Below, piece by piece: positions 8,911-19,359 of a stretch of 64,000 bases of DNA. The position numbers were made by a program, and so were the translations under genes. Origin of the DNA: an uncultured bacterium (GTDB taxonomy: Bacteria > Patescibacteriota > Minisyncoccia > Phycocordibacterales > CAIZLB01); assembly GCA_903936565.1 (NCBI GenBank), contig CAIZVZ010000001.1, forward strand, positions 159,905 through 223,904, given 5' to 3'. Below the pieces are notes generated by a model. That model did not search any database and had not been told where the DNA came from. It saw only the letters and a list, made by a program, of their open reading frames with translations. Within the stretch, counting starts at the first letter, position 1. Each line of letters begins with the position of its first letter.

Positions 8911-9585
8911 ATGAATAAAATAATAAATTCAGCTAAAACTTCAAAAAGTTTTATAATCACATTAGGTTTAATCACAGCAGCATTGTTTGTTGTAATATTT
9001 CCAGCAGTTACAAATGCAGATACTCTTTATCGTCAATTACAATTAGGGTCACGTGGAGCTGATGTTTCATCACTTCAATCTTTCCTAGCTGAAGATCCTA
9101 CAATTTATCCTCAGGGATTAGTTACAGGATATTTCGGTTCCCTAACAAAGTCAGCTGTTTCAAATTTCCAATCACGTAACGGCATTGCAACAGTAGGACG
9201 TGTTGGACCATCAACTCTTCCCGTTATAAATGAGCAGATGTTAAATGGATCAGATGCTGGAGCAAACATTTCTGCACCAATAATCACAAGTGCTGGTGTT
9301 AGTAATGTTAGTAAGAGTACAGCTACAATAAACTGGTATACAAATGAAAACGCAAAGGGAATCGTATACTATAGTACAAGTCCACTTAGTCTAGGCGAAC
9401 ATCTAAACTCAGTTGATGTATCTGGAAACACCGCAATGTTTGACACAAACTATCGTACAAATCAAACTGTTACTTTACAAAACCTACAACCAAACACAAC
9501 ATACTACTACCTAGCATATGTTACTGGTATCTCAGGAAGAGTAAGTATCACATGGCCTGCAACATTCACAACTTCAAACTACTAG
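8911..9585 (+). CDS. Secreted protein with a peptidoglycan-binding domain (PG_binding_1-like) plus a fibronectin-III-like domain
   Basis: Signal/anchor, then LQLGSRGADVSSLQSFLAEDPTIYPQGLVTGYFGSLTKSAVSNFQSRNGIATVGRVGPSTL, which is the PG-binding repeat. The C-terminal domain is rich in T/N/Y. Confidence 0.6.
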   Translation: MNKIINSAKTSKSFIITLGLITAALFVVIFPAVTNADTLYRQLQLGSRGADVSSLQSFLAEDPTIYPQGLVTGYFGSLTKSAVSNFQSRNGIATVGRVGPSTLPVINEQMLNGSDAGANISAPIITSAGVSNVSKSTATINWYTNENAKGIVYYSTSPLSLGEHLNSVDVSGNTAMFDTNYRTNQTVTLQNLQPNTTYYYLAYVTGISGRVSITWPATFTTSNY

Positions 9586-9669
9586 TTAGTTAAATAAATT
9601 AGACCCGCAAAGGTTGAAGTAAAATATAAGGCACAACTATATAACATTTAGTCAAATCTAAATCTTAAC

Positions 9670-9704
9670 AAAAAAACCGTCATACATCGTTTGGCGGTTT
9701 TTTT
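9670..9704. terminator. Bidirectional intrinsic terminator
   Basis: A7 + stem aaccgtca/tggcggtt (one G-U pair) + T7. Confidence 0.45.
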
Positions 9705-9749
9705 GTGGTTGCCTTTGACACATTTAAGTACTCGTGTTAACATATTTAT

Positions 9750-9881
9750 ATGACTCAATGTTATCAACAAATGAATATGCACGCCGCTACCCTTCCTTCA
9801 AAGAATGGGGCGATTTTTGTCGTCACATCAGATTGGAACAAAGCGCTTATATTCAGCCGTGATAATTTTAACTCAAACTAA
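9750..9881 (+). CDS. Possible small ORF (43 aa) with its own promoter and terminator
   Basis: TTGACA (9715-9720)-17-TAACAT precedes the ATG at 9750 (leaderless). A stem-loop terminator follows at 9916-9945. Translation MTQCYQQMNMHAATLPSKNGAIFVVTSDWNKALIFSRDNFNSN. The ORF is below the track's size cut-off. Confidence 0.25.
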   Translation: MTQCYQQMNMHAATLPSKNGAIFVVTSDWNKALIFSRDNFNSN

Positions 9882-9915
9882 TAGATACAAAATAACCCAA
9901 TTATTTTAGAACTAT

Positions 9916-9945
9916 CTCGGCTGAGTAAAAGCCGAGATTTTTCTT
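9916..9945 (+). terminator. Rho-independent terminator
   Basis: Stem ctcggct/agccgag with loop gagtaaa, followed by atttttctt. Confidence 0.5.
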
Positions 9946-10116
9946 GGATTATATTCAGCAACACCAAATAGTACCCTTAATGGGTCAGATGAAGCTCTAC
10001 GACCATGTTGAAAGCCGGCGCAACAGCTCCGACATACTCGACAGAATCACACAAAACAAGCGTGCACAAGCACGAAAACAAAGCACAAAAAAACAAAACA
10101 AATAGAAAAGACGAAC

Positions 10117-11334
10117 ATGAGAACACAAAGCATCGTTGCCTCGGATGGCGACCAAAATACCATCACACAGTATTTGACACTGATGTCGCTCACAAGCTTC
10201 GCAAGGGGTGTAATTGCGACAATCTACGTTCCATTCCTGCTGTCACACGGACTCAATCTGTTTGACGTAGGGCTGGTGAATTTCATCTTCTACTCCACCC
10301 TTTTTATCTGCGAGATTCCAACCGGAGCCTTTGCCGATATTTTTGGGAGGAAGTCGTCGTTTGTACTGTCTAGCTTTATCGCTTCAATCGGGGCGTTCAT
10401 GTACGCTTCGTCAACAACCTTCTGGGGCTTCGCGGCTTCAGAGGCAGTTCTGGCGATTGGTTCGACGTTCTCAAGCGGCGCGTTCAAAGCTTGGCTTGTA
10501 GACAAACTTCAACACCATGGGTACACGGGATCCTTAAGCAAGATCTTTTCCAAGTCGCAGGCTTTCGGTTTAATCGCCGGAATTATCGCAGCACTCATCG
10601 GGGCCCAAATATCAGACATCGACATTACGTTACCATTCGTCTGGCTGGGAATTATGTCTTTCATAACCGGAACAATCACATTGTTTTGGATCAAGGAAGA
10701 ATACTTCGTCAGGAAGAAATTCTCATTCAAGCTTGGACTCTTGGCAATGAAGGAAACCACAATGCAAAGCATTGAGTTTGGACTGAAAAATAAGGTGGTT
10801 CGATTCCTCCTAATAATCGGTCTGATTCAAATCTTCGCTGTTCAAGCACTAAACATGCAATGGACACCGTATTTCCTTGAGTACTTTCAGGATAAAAAAT
10901 TCTTGGGGTATCTCTGGGCCGGTATGATGCTTGGCCTGACGGCGGGATCATTTCTCGCCAGCAAGTTCTTGGCGCTTGTCAAAGACGAAAAGAAAGCGTT
11001 GATTATTTGTCAGATGTTGATTGGTGTTGGGACGGTGGTGGTAACACTTCTGCCGTTTCCATTAGGGATTACTCTTTTTATTCTTCATGAAATTCCAAGG
11101 GGGATGTTCGCTCCTCTGAAGGACAAGTTCCTTCAAGACAATATTCCCTCACACGCGCGAGCAACAATCAGTTCCTTTGAATCCATATCGCCCCATCTCG
11201 GTGGAATGTTTGGACTCATTGCGAGCGGGTATATTGCAAACAAGTTTGGAATTCCAGCTTCGTGGATAATGTCGGGGTCTCTCATGATCCTCTTCTCATT
11301 ACTCGTTGCGAGGAACGATTCGAAAAAGCAGTAG
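10117..11334 (+). CDS. MFS transporter
   Basis: 405 aa, 12-TM-like topology, with the MFS motif GAFADIFGRK in the loop 2-3 position. Confidence 0.7.
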   Translation: MRTQSIVASDGDQNTITQYLTLMSLTSFARGVIATIYVPFLLSHGLNLFDVGLVNFIFYSTLFICEIPTGAFADIFGRKSSFVLSSFIASIGAFMYASSTTFWGFAASEAVLAIGSTFSSGAFKAWLVDKLQHHGYTGSLSKIFSKSQAFGLIAGIIAALIGAQISDIDITLPFVWLGIMSFITGTITLFWIKEEYFVRKKFSFKLGLLAMKETTMQSIEFGLKNKVVRFLLIIGLIQIFAVQALNMQWTPYFLEYFQDKKFLGYLWAGMMLGLTAGSFLASKFLALVKDEKKALIICQMLIGVGTVVVTLLPFPLGITLFILHEIPRGMFAPLKDKFLQDNIPSHARATISSFESISPHLGGMFGLIASGYIANKFGIPASWIMSGSLMILFSLLVARNDSKKQ

Positions 11335-11383
11335 TCAGATACAAAACAAAAATAGTCTAACTGGACGACGTTAAACTCCAGCC

Positions 11384-11416
11384 CCGCACAGCCACTTTGG
11401 TTGTGCGGTTTTATTT
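11384..11416 (+). terminator. Rho-independent terminator after the MFS gene
   Basis: Stem ccgcaca/tgtgcgg followed by ttttattt. Confidence 0.5.
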
Positions 11417-11422
11417 GGGACT

Positions 11423-12706
11423 ATGCTCAAAAAATGCTACTATACCCCAATGGAAACTAATACTACATGGGATGTAATTGTTGTTGGTGGTGGACCAGCT
11501 GGAATGATTGCAGCGGGAAAGGCGGCAGAGAATGGTGCCCACGTTCTTCTTGTTGAAAAAAATGAATCCCTAGGAAAAAAGCTTTTAATTACAGGTGGCG
11601 GAAGATGCAATGTCACTAACTCAGAATTCGATATTAGAAAGTTTTTGGAAAGATTCAAAGATGACGGTAAATTTCTATTTTCCACTTTTTCACAGCACAG
11701 CAATAAAGATTCCTTGGATTTCTTCCACAAAAGAGGAATGGAGACTAAAGTTGAGAATGAATTACGCACCTTCCCTGTCTCTAATAGATCTCAATCAGTT
11801 TTAGATGTTCTAGTTCAGTATATGAGAGAAGGAGGAGTTGAAGTTCTTTCCAATTCTCCAGTTACGGGCATTGCAGTGGAAGATAAACAAGTGATGGGTG
11901 TCACATTAAAAGGCAAGAAGGTGTTACATGCCAAGAAAGTAATTATCGCCACAGGTGGTGCATCTGCACCACATACGGGATCAACAGGAGACGGTTTCGC
12001 TTGGCTTAAGGAAATTGGTCATACTATAATCACCCCTACCCCATCACTTGTTCCTATTGCGATAAAGGACAAATGGATTGAAAGCCTTGCTGGTATTAGT
12101 TTAACTGATATTAAAATTTCAGTATTTCAAAATAGTAAAAAACAATTCTTTAAGAAAGGTAAAATCCTTTTCACGCACGTTGGAGTAAGCGGGCCTACAA
12201 TATTAAATATGAGTAGGGACATCGGAGATCTTTTAAAATATGGACCAGTTACAATCTATCTTGATATTCTTCCATCAGAGGATAATGGAACTCTGAACAC
12301 CAAACTTCAAGAACTCTTCAAAGAGCATGATAAAAAGAAATTTAGAAACGCCATCACGAACCTTGTCCCAACCAAACTCGCTCCAATAATTGTTGACCTA
12401 TCATTGATTGACCCAGAAAAGGAATGTAACAGCGTCACACGCGAAGAGCGCATCCGACTCATAAATCTACTCAAAGGTATTCCAATGGAGGCAGATTGTC
12501 TATTGGGAGCTGATAAGGCAATTATAACAAGTGGCGGAGTCTTACTTGATGAAGTTGATTTTAAAACAATGTCCTCTCGCCTATTCCCCAACTTATATCT
12601 CGTGGGTGACATTCTTAATATAGACAGACCATCAGGTGGATTCAGCCTTCAATTATGTTGGTCAACGGGTTACGTTGCTGGAAAATCTGCATCAGAGTCT
12701 TTATAA
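11423..12706 (+). CDS. NAD(P)/FAD-dependent oxidoreductase, HI0933/BaiN-like flavoprotein family
   Basis: N-terminal dinucleotide-binding motif DVIVVGGGPAGMIAAGKAAENG, a ~420-aa length and the C-terminal GD motif are typical of this family. The true start may be an internal Met. Confidence 0.6.
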   Translation: MLKKCYYTPMETNTTWDVIVVGGGPAGMIAAGKAAENGAHVLLVEKNESLGKKLLITGGGRCNVTNSEFDIRKFLERFKDDGKFLFSTFSQHSNKDSLDFFHKRGMETKVENELRTFPVSNRSQSVLDVLVQYMREGGVEVLSNSPVTGIAVEDKQVMGVTLKGKKVLHAKKVIIATGGASAPHTGSTGDGFAWLKEIGHTIITPTPSLVPIAIKDKWIESLAGISLTDIKISVFQNSKKQFFKKGKILFTHVGVSGPTILNMSRDIGDLLKYGPVTIYLDILPSEDNGTLNTKLQELFKEHDKKKFRNAITNLVPTKLAPIIVDLSLIDPEKECNSVTREERIRLINLLKGIPMEADCLLGADKAIITSGGVLLDEVDFKTMSSRLFPNLYLVGDILNIDRPSGGFSLQLCWSTGYVAGKSASESL

Positions 12707-12734
12707 AAGACACAATACCTATTTAGTATAAACT

Positions 12735-13817
12735 TTAAAAAATCTTTGCAAATATTTTAACTATAGGCGCTAACACATAGTCAAACAATCTCATCTTATA
12801 GGAGTGCACATCAAACAAAACAGAATCTCTTTTCCAACGGTCTATAATATTTGAAATTCTATTGATAGCAACTCTATTATTAAAGAAAATACCTATTTCG
12901 GAATTTAGTTCAAAAGATAAGAAGTCCAAATTGTTGGATCCGACAATCGCCTCCTTATAATCTATCATCATAATTTTTGCGTGATTCATTTGCGGTTCAA
13001 GGAAGAAATCAACTCCCAACCTAGAAAGCTTATTCATGAAGTGATAATTGACTCTGTCGACAAAATAATGATTTGTACACTCTGGTACTAGAATATGAAT
13101 ATGTACCCCTCGTAGCTGCGCTTGGTGCAATAATCCAATGAACCATCTTCTGGGCATAAAATACGGTGTAACAAGTGTGATGTTTTCTTTCGCCAAAAAG
13201 ATATGACTTGAATAAATCTTCTTGAATTTATAATTATTCTTCACTGGTGAATGCTCAATAAGCCAATCCCTTATCTTTCTCTTTTCTTTGCTATTTCTAT
13301 GTAATTTATTTTTTCTAATGCTTTTCAAAATAATTTCTGAATCTCTTCCCCCACATTCAATATAAGTTTTTGCAAAGGATCTTATTATTGAACCCACAAG
13401 CTTTCCACCCTTAACCCTAACCACCATATCATTCCAAAGGGATGAACTTTGATGAAAATTTACACCCCCAATGAATGCAATCTTACCGTCCACCACCAAT
13501 ATCTTTCGATGCGTCCTATGTAAAAAATAACTCAGGAATAATAATTCTGCGCCCGACTCTCTTATGTCAGCAATCGCCTTCTTACTTAAACCATAGCTGC
13601 CGAAGGAATCAAGAATAATCTTGACCTTAAGTCCCATTTGCGCCTTCTCTTTAATTAGACTCAGAAAATCAAACTCGAGCATATCATCTTGAAAAATATA
13701 GACCTCCAAATAGATAGATTCCTTTGCACCTGAAATCGCTTCATACATAGCCTGCCAAGTTTTTTGTGAATTAGCAAAGAATTTATAATGCATAATTATA
13801 TGTCTATTATACACCAA
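12735..13817 (-). CDS. Phospholipase D / cardiolipin synthase family protein (two HKD motifs)
   Basis: HKD-type motifs HRKILVVDGKIAFIGGVN and HAKIMMIDYKEAIVGSNNLD. Confidence 0.7.
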   Translation of the reverse strand: MVYNRHIIMHYKFFANSQKTWQAMYEAISGAKESIYLEVYIFQDDMLEFDFLSLIKEKAQMGLKVKIILDSFGSYGLSKKAIADIRESGAELLFLSYFLHRTHRKILVVDGKIAFIGGVNFHQSSSLWNDMVVRVKGGKLVGSIIRSFAKTYIECGGRDSEIILKSIRKNKLHRNSKEKRKIRDWLIEHSPVKNNYKFKKIYSSHIFLAKENITLVTPYFMPRRWFIGLLHQAQLRGVHIHILVPECTNHYFVDRVNYHFMNKLSRLGVDFFLEPQMNHAKIMMIDYKEAIVGSNNLDFLSFELNSEIGIFFNNRVAINRISNIIDRWKRDSVLFDVHSYKMRLFDYVLAPIVKIFAKIF

Positions 13818-13837
13818 ATTAATCTTATATAGTAAGT

Positions 13838-14257
13838 ATGGTACAATGTATTTATATGAAAAAAGGATTTAAACAAAATATTGAGAGCGAAACGTTGGCA
13901 AATAATAGTTTTAGAAAAGTGCTTTATACTGGAGCACACATGCAATTGGTCTTAATGTCACTTAAGCCGAGTGAAGACATTGGAATGGAAACTCACACTG
14001 AAAATGATCAGTTCTTTAGATTTGAAAAAGGTAACGGAAAAGTGATTATTGGAGAGACAGAGTACGAGGTTACTGATGGTGACGCTATTGTTATACCATC
14101 AGGAACACAGCACAACATCATAAACACCTCCACTACTGACGAATTAAAGATGTATACAATCTACTCCCCAGCACACCACAAAGATGGTATCGAAAGAGCC
14201 ACAAAAGAAGAAGCAGAAAAAGACGGTCCTGAATTTGATGGTATATTAACTGAATAA
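13838..14257 (+). CDS. Cupin-domain protein
   Basis: Cupin motifs HTHTENDQFFRFEKGNG and PSGTQHNIIN. Confidence 0.55.
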   Translation: MVQCIYMKKGFKQNIESETLANNSFRKVLYTGAHMQLVLMSLKPSEDIGMETHTENDQFFRFEKGNGKVIIGETEYEVTDGDAIVIPSGTQHNIINTSTTDELKMYTIYSPAHHKDGIERATKEEAEKDGPEFDGILTE

Positions 14258-14282
14258 ATATTCACGAAACAAACGGAAAAAG

Positions 14283-15476
14283 ATGACTAGCGATAAACCA
14301 GTATACTTTAAAAACCTTGACGGTCTCAGATTTTTTGCTTTTTTAGCTGTCTTTATTTCGCACGCCGCGCTTTTTATTGGATACAACAGTACTGCTCCAT
14401 TTTGGCTTTTCGTCAAAAGATATATTTTGGTTAATGGTGATGTGGGTGTGTCATTCTTCTTTGTATTATCAGGTTTCCTTATTACTTATTTGCTTTTCAA
14501 AGAAAAAGACAATCACGGTAGAATTTCACTAAAGAACTTCTACGCCCGTAGAATACTAAGAATTTGGCCAGTGTACTTCATCACACTTATTGTTGGATTC
14601 TTTTTATTACCAATCATAGTGGGCCTATTCTCAGCTTCAGCGAGCAACCCATCCCTACTTTATAATGCTCCACCTTTTTCCGTCTTGCCATTCTATCTAT
14701 TCTTCTTAGCCAACTTCAGTCTCGCATTTCACGGCGGCGCGAGCGTCCCAACAGATGTTTTATGGTCCATATCAGTTGAAGAGCAATTCTATCTTGTCTG
14801 GCCCTGGATCATTGCATTCTTCCCAAGAAGGCATTTATTAAAATTCATCGGCGGAATAATATTGATTTCAACAATCTATAGATACTTCAATGCATCTTCT
14901 CTAAATGTAATTGCCTATTCAACCTTCTCCGTGATGTCAGATTTGGCAATAGGTTCTGCGTTGGCAATCTTCACTTATACAAAAAGTCACACAACAGAGA
15001 AGGTTCGATCATTTATTAGGTCAATCTCCGGAGCAAAAATACTTTGTGTTTACATATTCATGTTTGCGCTAGTATTCACCCGACACTTAATATTGGATGC
15101 ATTTAATCAAAGCGGTACCACAACTAGTATTATCTTCTACAATATATTTACTGCAATTATCCCACTACTACTCGCACTTACCTATGCATTTATAATATTT
15201 GAACAAAATGAATCGACAAAATCTCTATTCAAAATTGGTAAATTAAAGACGGTAACATTTCTTGGAAAAATCTCTTATGGACTCTATTCATATCATGTAT
15301 TTGCGTTCATAATTGTATTACTGGTAGCCTCTACGCTTGGATTTAGCATAGAATACACATCTCCAGTACAATGGATAATATTCGCTATACTATCTCTGTT
15401 GTCTGTCTTCATACTCGCTGTCATATCATATTACGGAATAGAGAGATGGTTCTTAAAAGCAAAGCCAAAAGACTAA
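14283..15476 (+). CDS. Acyltransferase family 3 (OafA/YrhL-like) membrane protein
   Basis: N-terminus LDGLRFFAFLAVFISHA and about 10 TM segments. Confidence 0.65.
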   Translation: MTSDKPVYFKNLDGLRFFAFLAVFISHAALFIGYNSTAPFWLFVKRYILVNGDVGVSFFFVLSGFLITYLLFKEKDNHGRISLKNFYARRILRIWPVYFITLIVGFFLLPIIVGLFSASASNPSLLYNAPPFSVLPFYLFFLANFSLAFHGGASVPTDVLWSISVEEQFYLVWPWIIAFFPRRHLLKFIGGIILISTIYRYFNASSLNVIAYSTFSVMSDLAIGSALAIFTYTKSHTTEKVRSFIRSISGAKILCVYIFMFALVFTRHLILDAFNQSGTTTSIIFYNIFTAIIPLLLALTYAFIIFEQNESTKSLFKIGKLKTVTFLGKISYGLYSYHVFAFIIVLLVASTLGFSIEYTSPVQWIIFAILSLLSVFILAVISYYGIERWFLKAKPKD

Positions 15477-15512
15477 TAAGATAGTATAATAGTTAGGTAA
15501 CATATTTGAATT

Positions 15513-16199
15513 ATGAAAGTTTCAATAATCATCCCAGCGTTTAATGAAGAGTCCTCGATTATGGAGACTCTTGAAGCTGTATTTAAACAAGATTACTCTG
15601 ATTTTGAAGTGATTGTAGTGGATAACAATTGCACCGACAAAACAGCTGAAATAGCAAAGAACATGGGGGCAACAGTTGTATATGAGATGCGAAAAGGAAC
15701 TCAGTGGGCCCGAGAATGCGGTAGAAAGGTAGCAACTGGTGAAATCATAGCAAACCTCGATGCTGATTGCCTACCTACCCCAGACTGGCTAGAACGTGGT
15801 ATTAAACATTTTATAAATAAAAAAGTTGTTGCAGTTGGTGGACCTTATGATTATTATGATGGACGATGGACTTTTAGAATATTCTCACTATTATTCCAAA
15901 AGTACATCTATTCCCTATTCAATTTTTTAATGCAGAAATTAGATAAAGGAGCCGTACTTATTGGTGGAAATGTTTTACTGCGAGCAGAAACACTTTCCAA
16001 GATTGGCGGATACAATACAGACATAACTTTCTACGGAGACGATACAGACACAGCAAAACGAATGTCTAAGGAGGGATTGGTAGTATTTGATACAAAACTT
16101 ATTGTCAAAACTTCAGCAAGAAGACTCAAGTCTCAAGGTTCATTTAAAATATCAATAATTTATATATATCACTTTTTTAAAGTTATACTGTCGCGTTAA
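15513..16199 (+). CDS. Glycosyltransferase family 2
   Basis: SIIIPAFNEE ... VIVVDNNCTD ... DAD motifs. Confidence 0.7.
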   Translation: MKVSIIIPAFNEESSIMETLEAVFKQDYSDFEVIVVDNNCTDKTAEIAKNMGATVVYEMRKGTQWARECGRKVATGEIIANLDADCLPTPDWLERGIKHFINKKVVAVGGPYDYYDGRWTFRIFSLLFQKYIYSLFNFLMQKLDKGAVLIGGNVLLRAETLSKIGGYNTDITFYGDDTDTAKRMSKEGLVVFDTKLIVKTSARRLKSQGSFKISIIYIYHFFKVILSR

Positions 16200-16218
16200 A
16201 TCAATATTCGATAATTTT

Positions 16219-16833
16219 ATGATCAAAATACTTAAGTACAATCAAAATAAAAGCGCTTATTACTCGACAATCTGCAAAGTTCTTATTGGACTTATACTCA
16301 CAGCTTTTATTGTTGTCCTAGTCACTGCAGCAGCCATTGTGTTTGACGGCTTAAATGATGAGGTCCAGAAAAGTGACATGATAGTAATATTGGGAAACAG
16401 AGTAGAACCAGATGGGAACCCGTCAGCTAGGCTTAAAAGCAGGCTTGATAAGGGCATCGAACTTTATCAACAAAATACATCCCCACTTATTTTGGTAAGC
16501 GGAGGAATTGGAATCGAGGGATTTGATGAATCCATAGTGATGAAGGATTACTTAATTAAGCACGGAATTCCAAATGAAAATATAATACCTGATGGTAAGG
16601 GCATAGACAGCTTTAATACCGCTAGGAATTCAAAAATAATAATGGACCAGAAAAATATTTCGACAGTATTGGTAGTCAGTAATTATTATCACATCTCCAG
16701 AACACGATTGGCACTAAATAAATTTGGTGCTAAAAAAGTATATTCTGCACATGCTAATTATTTTGAATTGAGAGATATTTACTCAATCGCTAGAGAAGTT
16801 GTCGGATATTATTACTATTATTTTATTAAATAA
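16219..16833 (+). CDS. DUF218 (SanA/YdcF/ElyC-like) membrane-anchored protein
   Basis: N-terminal TM then DMIVILGNRVEPDGNPSARLKSRLDKGIELYQQNTSPLILVSGG, which is characteristic of DUF218. Confidence 0.6.
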   Translation: MIKILKYNQNKSAYYSTICKVLIGLILTAFIVVLVTAAAIVFDGLNDEVQKSDMIVILGNRVEPDGNPSARLKSRLDKGIELYQQNTSPLILVSGGIGIEGFDESIVMKDYLIKHGIPNENIIPDGKGIDSFNTARNSKIIMDQKNISTVLVVSNYYHISRTRLALNKFGAKKVYSAHANYFELRDIYSIAREVVGYYYYYFIK

Positions 16834-16898
16834 TAAGTTAGCATTACTTCAGTTTTTCAAAGTTGTTTTGTCGCGCTAGGGTGTGATAATATAAACAC

Positions 16899-17360
16899 AT
16901 GACAAAAATCCAAAAAATGCCATTTGCAGAATTCAAGAAAGTTTATACTAAGGTTCCCAAGTTATCAGTTGAAGTAATCATACTAGAAGGTGATAAAATA
17001 CTACTCACAAGAAGGGCTATAGCACCTGCTATCGGACTTTGGCACACACCAGGCGGTACCGTTTTGAAGGGTGAAAAGATACAGGATACAGCCAAGAGGG
17101 TTGCAAAAGAAGAGATTGGTTTGACAATAGATGTTATTAAATTACTAGGCTATATAGAATATAGTAATTACGAAAATGAATATGAAAAAGGTGTTGCTCT
17201 AGCTTTGCTTGTAGCACCCAAAGGTAACAAAAAGATTGTTTTGGATGCACAGTCAGATAAATACGATTACTTTTCTGAACTTCCAAAAAATACTCTCAGG
17301 GTACAGAGGGATTTTTTTGAACAAAACTTAGGATTAAAGGTTTCTGTTAAAAAGTATTAA
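16899..17360 (+). CDS. NUDIX hydrolase
   Basis: Nudix box GGTVLKGEKIQDTAKRVAKEEIGL. Confidence 0.7.
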   Translation: MTKIQKMPFAEFKKVYTKVPKLSVEVIILEGDKILLTRRAIAPAIGLWHTPGGTVLKGEKIQDTAKRVAKEEIGLTIDVIKLLGYIEYSNYENEYEKGVALALLVAPKGNKKIVLDAQSDKYDYFSELPKNTLRVQRDFFEQNLGLKVSVKKY

Positions 17361-17375
17361 AATATTAATAGAAAA

Positions 17376-17630
17376 TTACTGCTGTTCAATAGCCCTACGA
17401 TTATCCTGTTCAATTAAGTTTTTTGCTGCTTTTGCTTGATCAATCGCACTCTTGCTTGTATCAATGATATTTTGACCATTCTCTTTTCCAATGAACGCAC
17501 CAGTTTTCAGAATGAAAAAACCAATAATCAAGACCGTTAGCAACATTGCAACTATCCCAATAAAACCATCTTTGTATCGCGGCTTGTTTGTACCTTTATT
17601 TTTTAGCTGTTTTAATAGGTTTTGATTCAT
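17376..17630 (-). CDS. Small membrane protein (hypothetical)
   Basis: 84-aa ORF with one TM helix. It overlaps the upstream gene by 35 nt, so the true start may be an internal Met. Confidence 0.3.
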   Translation of the reverse strand: MNQNLLKQLKNKGTNKPRYKDGFIGIVAMLLTVLIIGFFILKTGAFIGKENGQNIIDTSKSAIDQAKAAKNLIEQDNRRAIEQQ

Positions 17631-17961
17631 GTTGTTTGTCTTTATATTTTGCTAATATTCTACCAGAGACAAGATTGAATGATTTGGTGACGTCCACTTC
17701 TAGCTGATTAGCCAACCGGCACAAACCAAAAAATAAATCACCAATTCCATCCTCGAAAGAATCCCTGTCTCCCTTAATAATCAACTTCATTTCTGAAGAG
17801 CTTTTATATCTAAGTAATCGGGACATCTCTGATAACTCCTCATGTAAGTGATCGAACTTATCAATATTTGGCTCATCTGACCATTTATTACCTTTAGCAA
17901 AGTTCTTAACAAGCGCTTGAGCTTCGGATATCTTTGTAACTTTTGAGGGTGTCTTTTTCAT
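17596..17961 (-). CDS. MazG-like nucleotide pyrophosphohydrolase domain protein
   Basis: HLHEELSE and EDGIGDLFFGLCRLANQLEVD match the paired acidic helices of the all-alpha NTP-PPase fold. Confidence 0.45.
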   Translation of the reverse strand: MKKTPSKVTKISEAQALVKNFAKGNKWSDEPNIDKFDHLHEELSEMSRLLRYKSSSEMKLIIKGDRDSFEDGIGDLFFGLCRLANQLEVDVTKSFNLVSGRILAKYKDKQHESKPIKTAKK

Positions 17962-17973
17962 ATTTGAATTTAT

Positions 17974-18399
17974 TTATTTTACTCTATCAAAATCTTCCGA
18001 AATTTGATCCATTTCTTCTTCAGTCATAACAGATCTTTCCTGACCGGCATGATCTAAATCTCCAATGACAACAGCTGGAACAATGTGATAATGAAGATGA
18101 GGTACACTTTTTCCAACTGCTTTTCCGTTTCTCAATACGATTGTGTAATCCGTATACCCCAGCTTTATAAGCATCTCGACACCCTTGTGGAGCAAAGTAT
18201 CAACTGACTTAGATTCTACTTCATTCAAATCTTTAAACACTTCGATGTGCCTTTTGGTCACCACCATTAAGTGATGCTTGTGATATGGAGCAATGGAGTA
18301 CGTTAATGATGCACTATCATCCTCAAGGATAATCCTATTTTTCGACATATCACAAAACGGACATGTGGTAACTGTCTTCAAAAAGTCTGTATATAGCAT
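17974..18399 (-). CDS. HIT-family (histidine triad) hydrolase
   Basis: HLHYHIVP histidine triad, with an N-terminal CxxC zinc-binding motif. Confidence 0.75.
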   Translation of the reverse strand: MLYTDFLKTVTTCPFCDMSKNRIILEDDSASLTYSIAPYHKHHLMVVTKRHIEVFKDLNEVESKSVDTLLHKGVEMLIKLGYTDYTIVLRNGKAVGKSVPHLHYHIVPAVVIGDLDHAGQERSVMTEEEMDQISEDFDRVK

Positions 18400-18465
18400 A
18401 TATTAGATTATATCAAAATATATTAATACCGTCGCCTAATACCTACGTCTCTAATCTTTATATTA

Positions 18466-18732
18466 CTACTTAACGTTTTCCAGGGTTTTGTACAGAGTAC
18501 CTGTAAACAATAGGGCGATAACCCCTATAAGGATTAAAACCGCAGGATGTTCTTCAAATAAACCGATTTGTTCTACCCACATATCAAAGCCCCGAAGAAT
18601 TGCCGCGAAGCTAAATACAGACAAAAAGGAAAACAACAGTGGGTAGCGTTTTAAAACAGGCTTTGTATATTTACCAGCTCCATCATGTACTCCCTTAACC
18701 ATATCCTCAGCCTTTTTGATTGGGTCTTTCAT
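18466..18732 (-). CDS. Small membrane protein (hypothetical)
   Basis: 88 aa with two predicted TM helices. Confidence 0.3.
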   Translation of the reverse strand: MKDPIKKAEDMVKGVHDGAGKYTKPVLKRYPLLFSFLSVFSFAAILRGFDMWVEQIGLFEEHPAVLILIGVIALLFTGTLYKTLENVK

Positions 18733-18747
18733 TTTAGTATTTTTGTT

Positions 18748-19353
18748 TTAATTAATTATATATTTATCAGAATCAAGTATAACAAGTGCCTGTTCATCTG
18801 TTAATTCTTGCACTGTGTAATTTACCTTTTTCTTAAATTCTTCAATTTCCTCTTTTTGGCTATAAATATCAAAATGAGGAGAAACCGCTATATTCGTAAA
18901 TCCAAAACCTATGAGATCTTCTAATCCTATTTCATTTTCGTCTCCACCAGTCCCCCAGCCCGCTATCTCAATGCTTGGCCCTGCAATTATACTACCAGCA
19001 GAAACTCCCACATAAATCGCACCTCGAGCTACTTCTGATTTTATAAATTCATCGATTCTTACTTCTCTCATCTTGTTCAGAATTGAAAAGGTATTTCCTC
19101 CGCAAACATACATGACATCAAAATTTGGTAATTCATTTATTTCAAATGAATCTTGCATATTGAGACTCGTGGTATTAATTCCCAAATTTTGAACCTGCTT
19201 TTTGGATTCTTCAATGTAGAATTCTTCTATTTCATTTTGACCATACGCAATTACAAGCGCACACGTTTTTTCAGGTACGCCATTCAGAATCTTTAAAAAT
19301 CCTTCGATGATTTTAGGACTTGATAGTCCGGTTGAGGTGAGGAATAATTTCAT
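18748..19353 (-). CDS. Peptidase S51 (PepE/dipeptidase E-like, class-I glutamine amidotransferase-like fold)
   Basis: MKLFLTS start, the GGNTF motif, and the Ser nucleophile context VGVSAGSII. Confidence 0.6.
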   Translation of the reverse strand: MKLFLTSTGLSSPKIIEGFLKILNGVPEKTCALVIAYGQNEIEEFYIEESKKQVQNLGINTTSLNMQDSFEINELPNFDVMYVCGGNTFSILNKMREVRIDEFIKSEVARGAIYVGVSAGSIIAGPSIEIAGWGTGGDENEIGLEDLIGFGFTNIAVSPHFDIYSQKEEIEEFKKKVNYTVQELTDEQALVILDSDKYIIN

Positions 19354-19359
19354 AAATAA

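Noticed and set aside
10290-10951. Four short ORFs (71-94 aa) inside or antisense to the MFS transporter gene
   Set aside because: They are nested in a strongly supported 405-aa transporter ORF. Typical GC-rich shadow frames.
17596-17630. 35-nt overlap between ORFs 17376-17630 and 17596-17961
   Set aside because: I considered translational coupling or frameshifting. More likely the downstream small membrane protein simply starts at an internal Met, so it is not reported as a finding.
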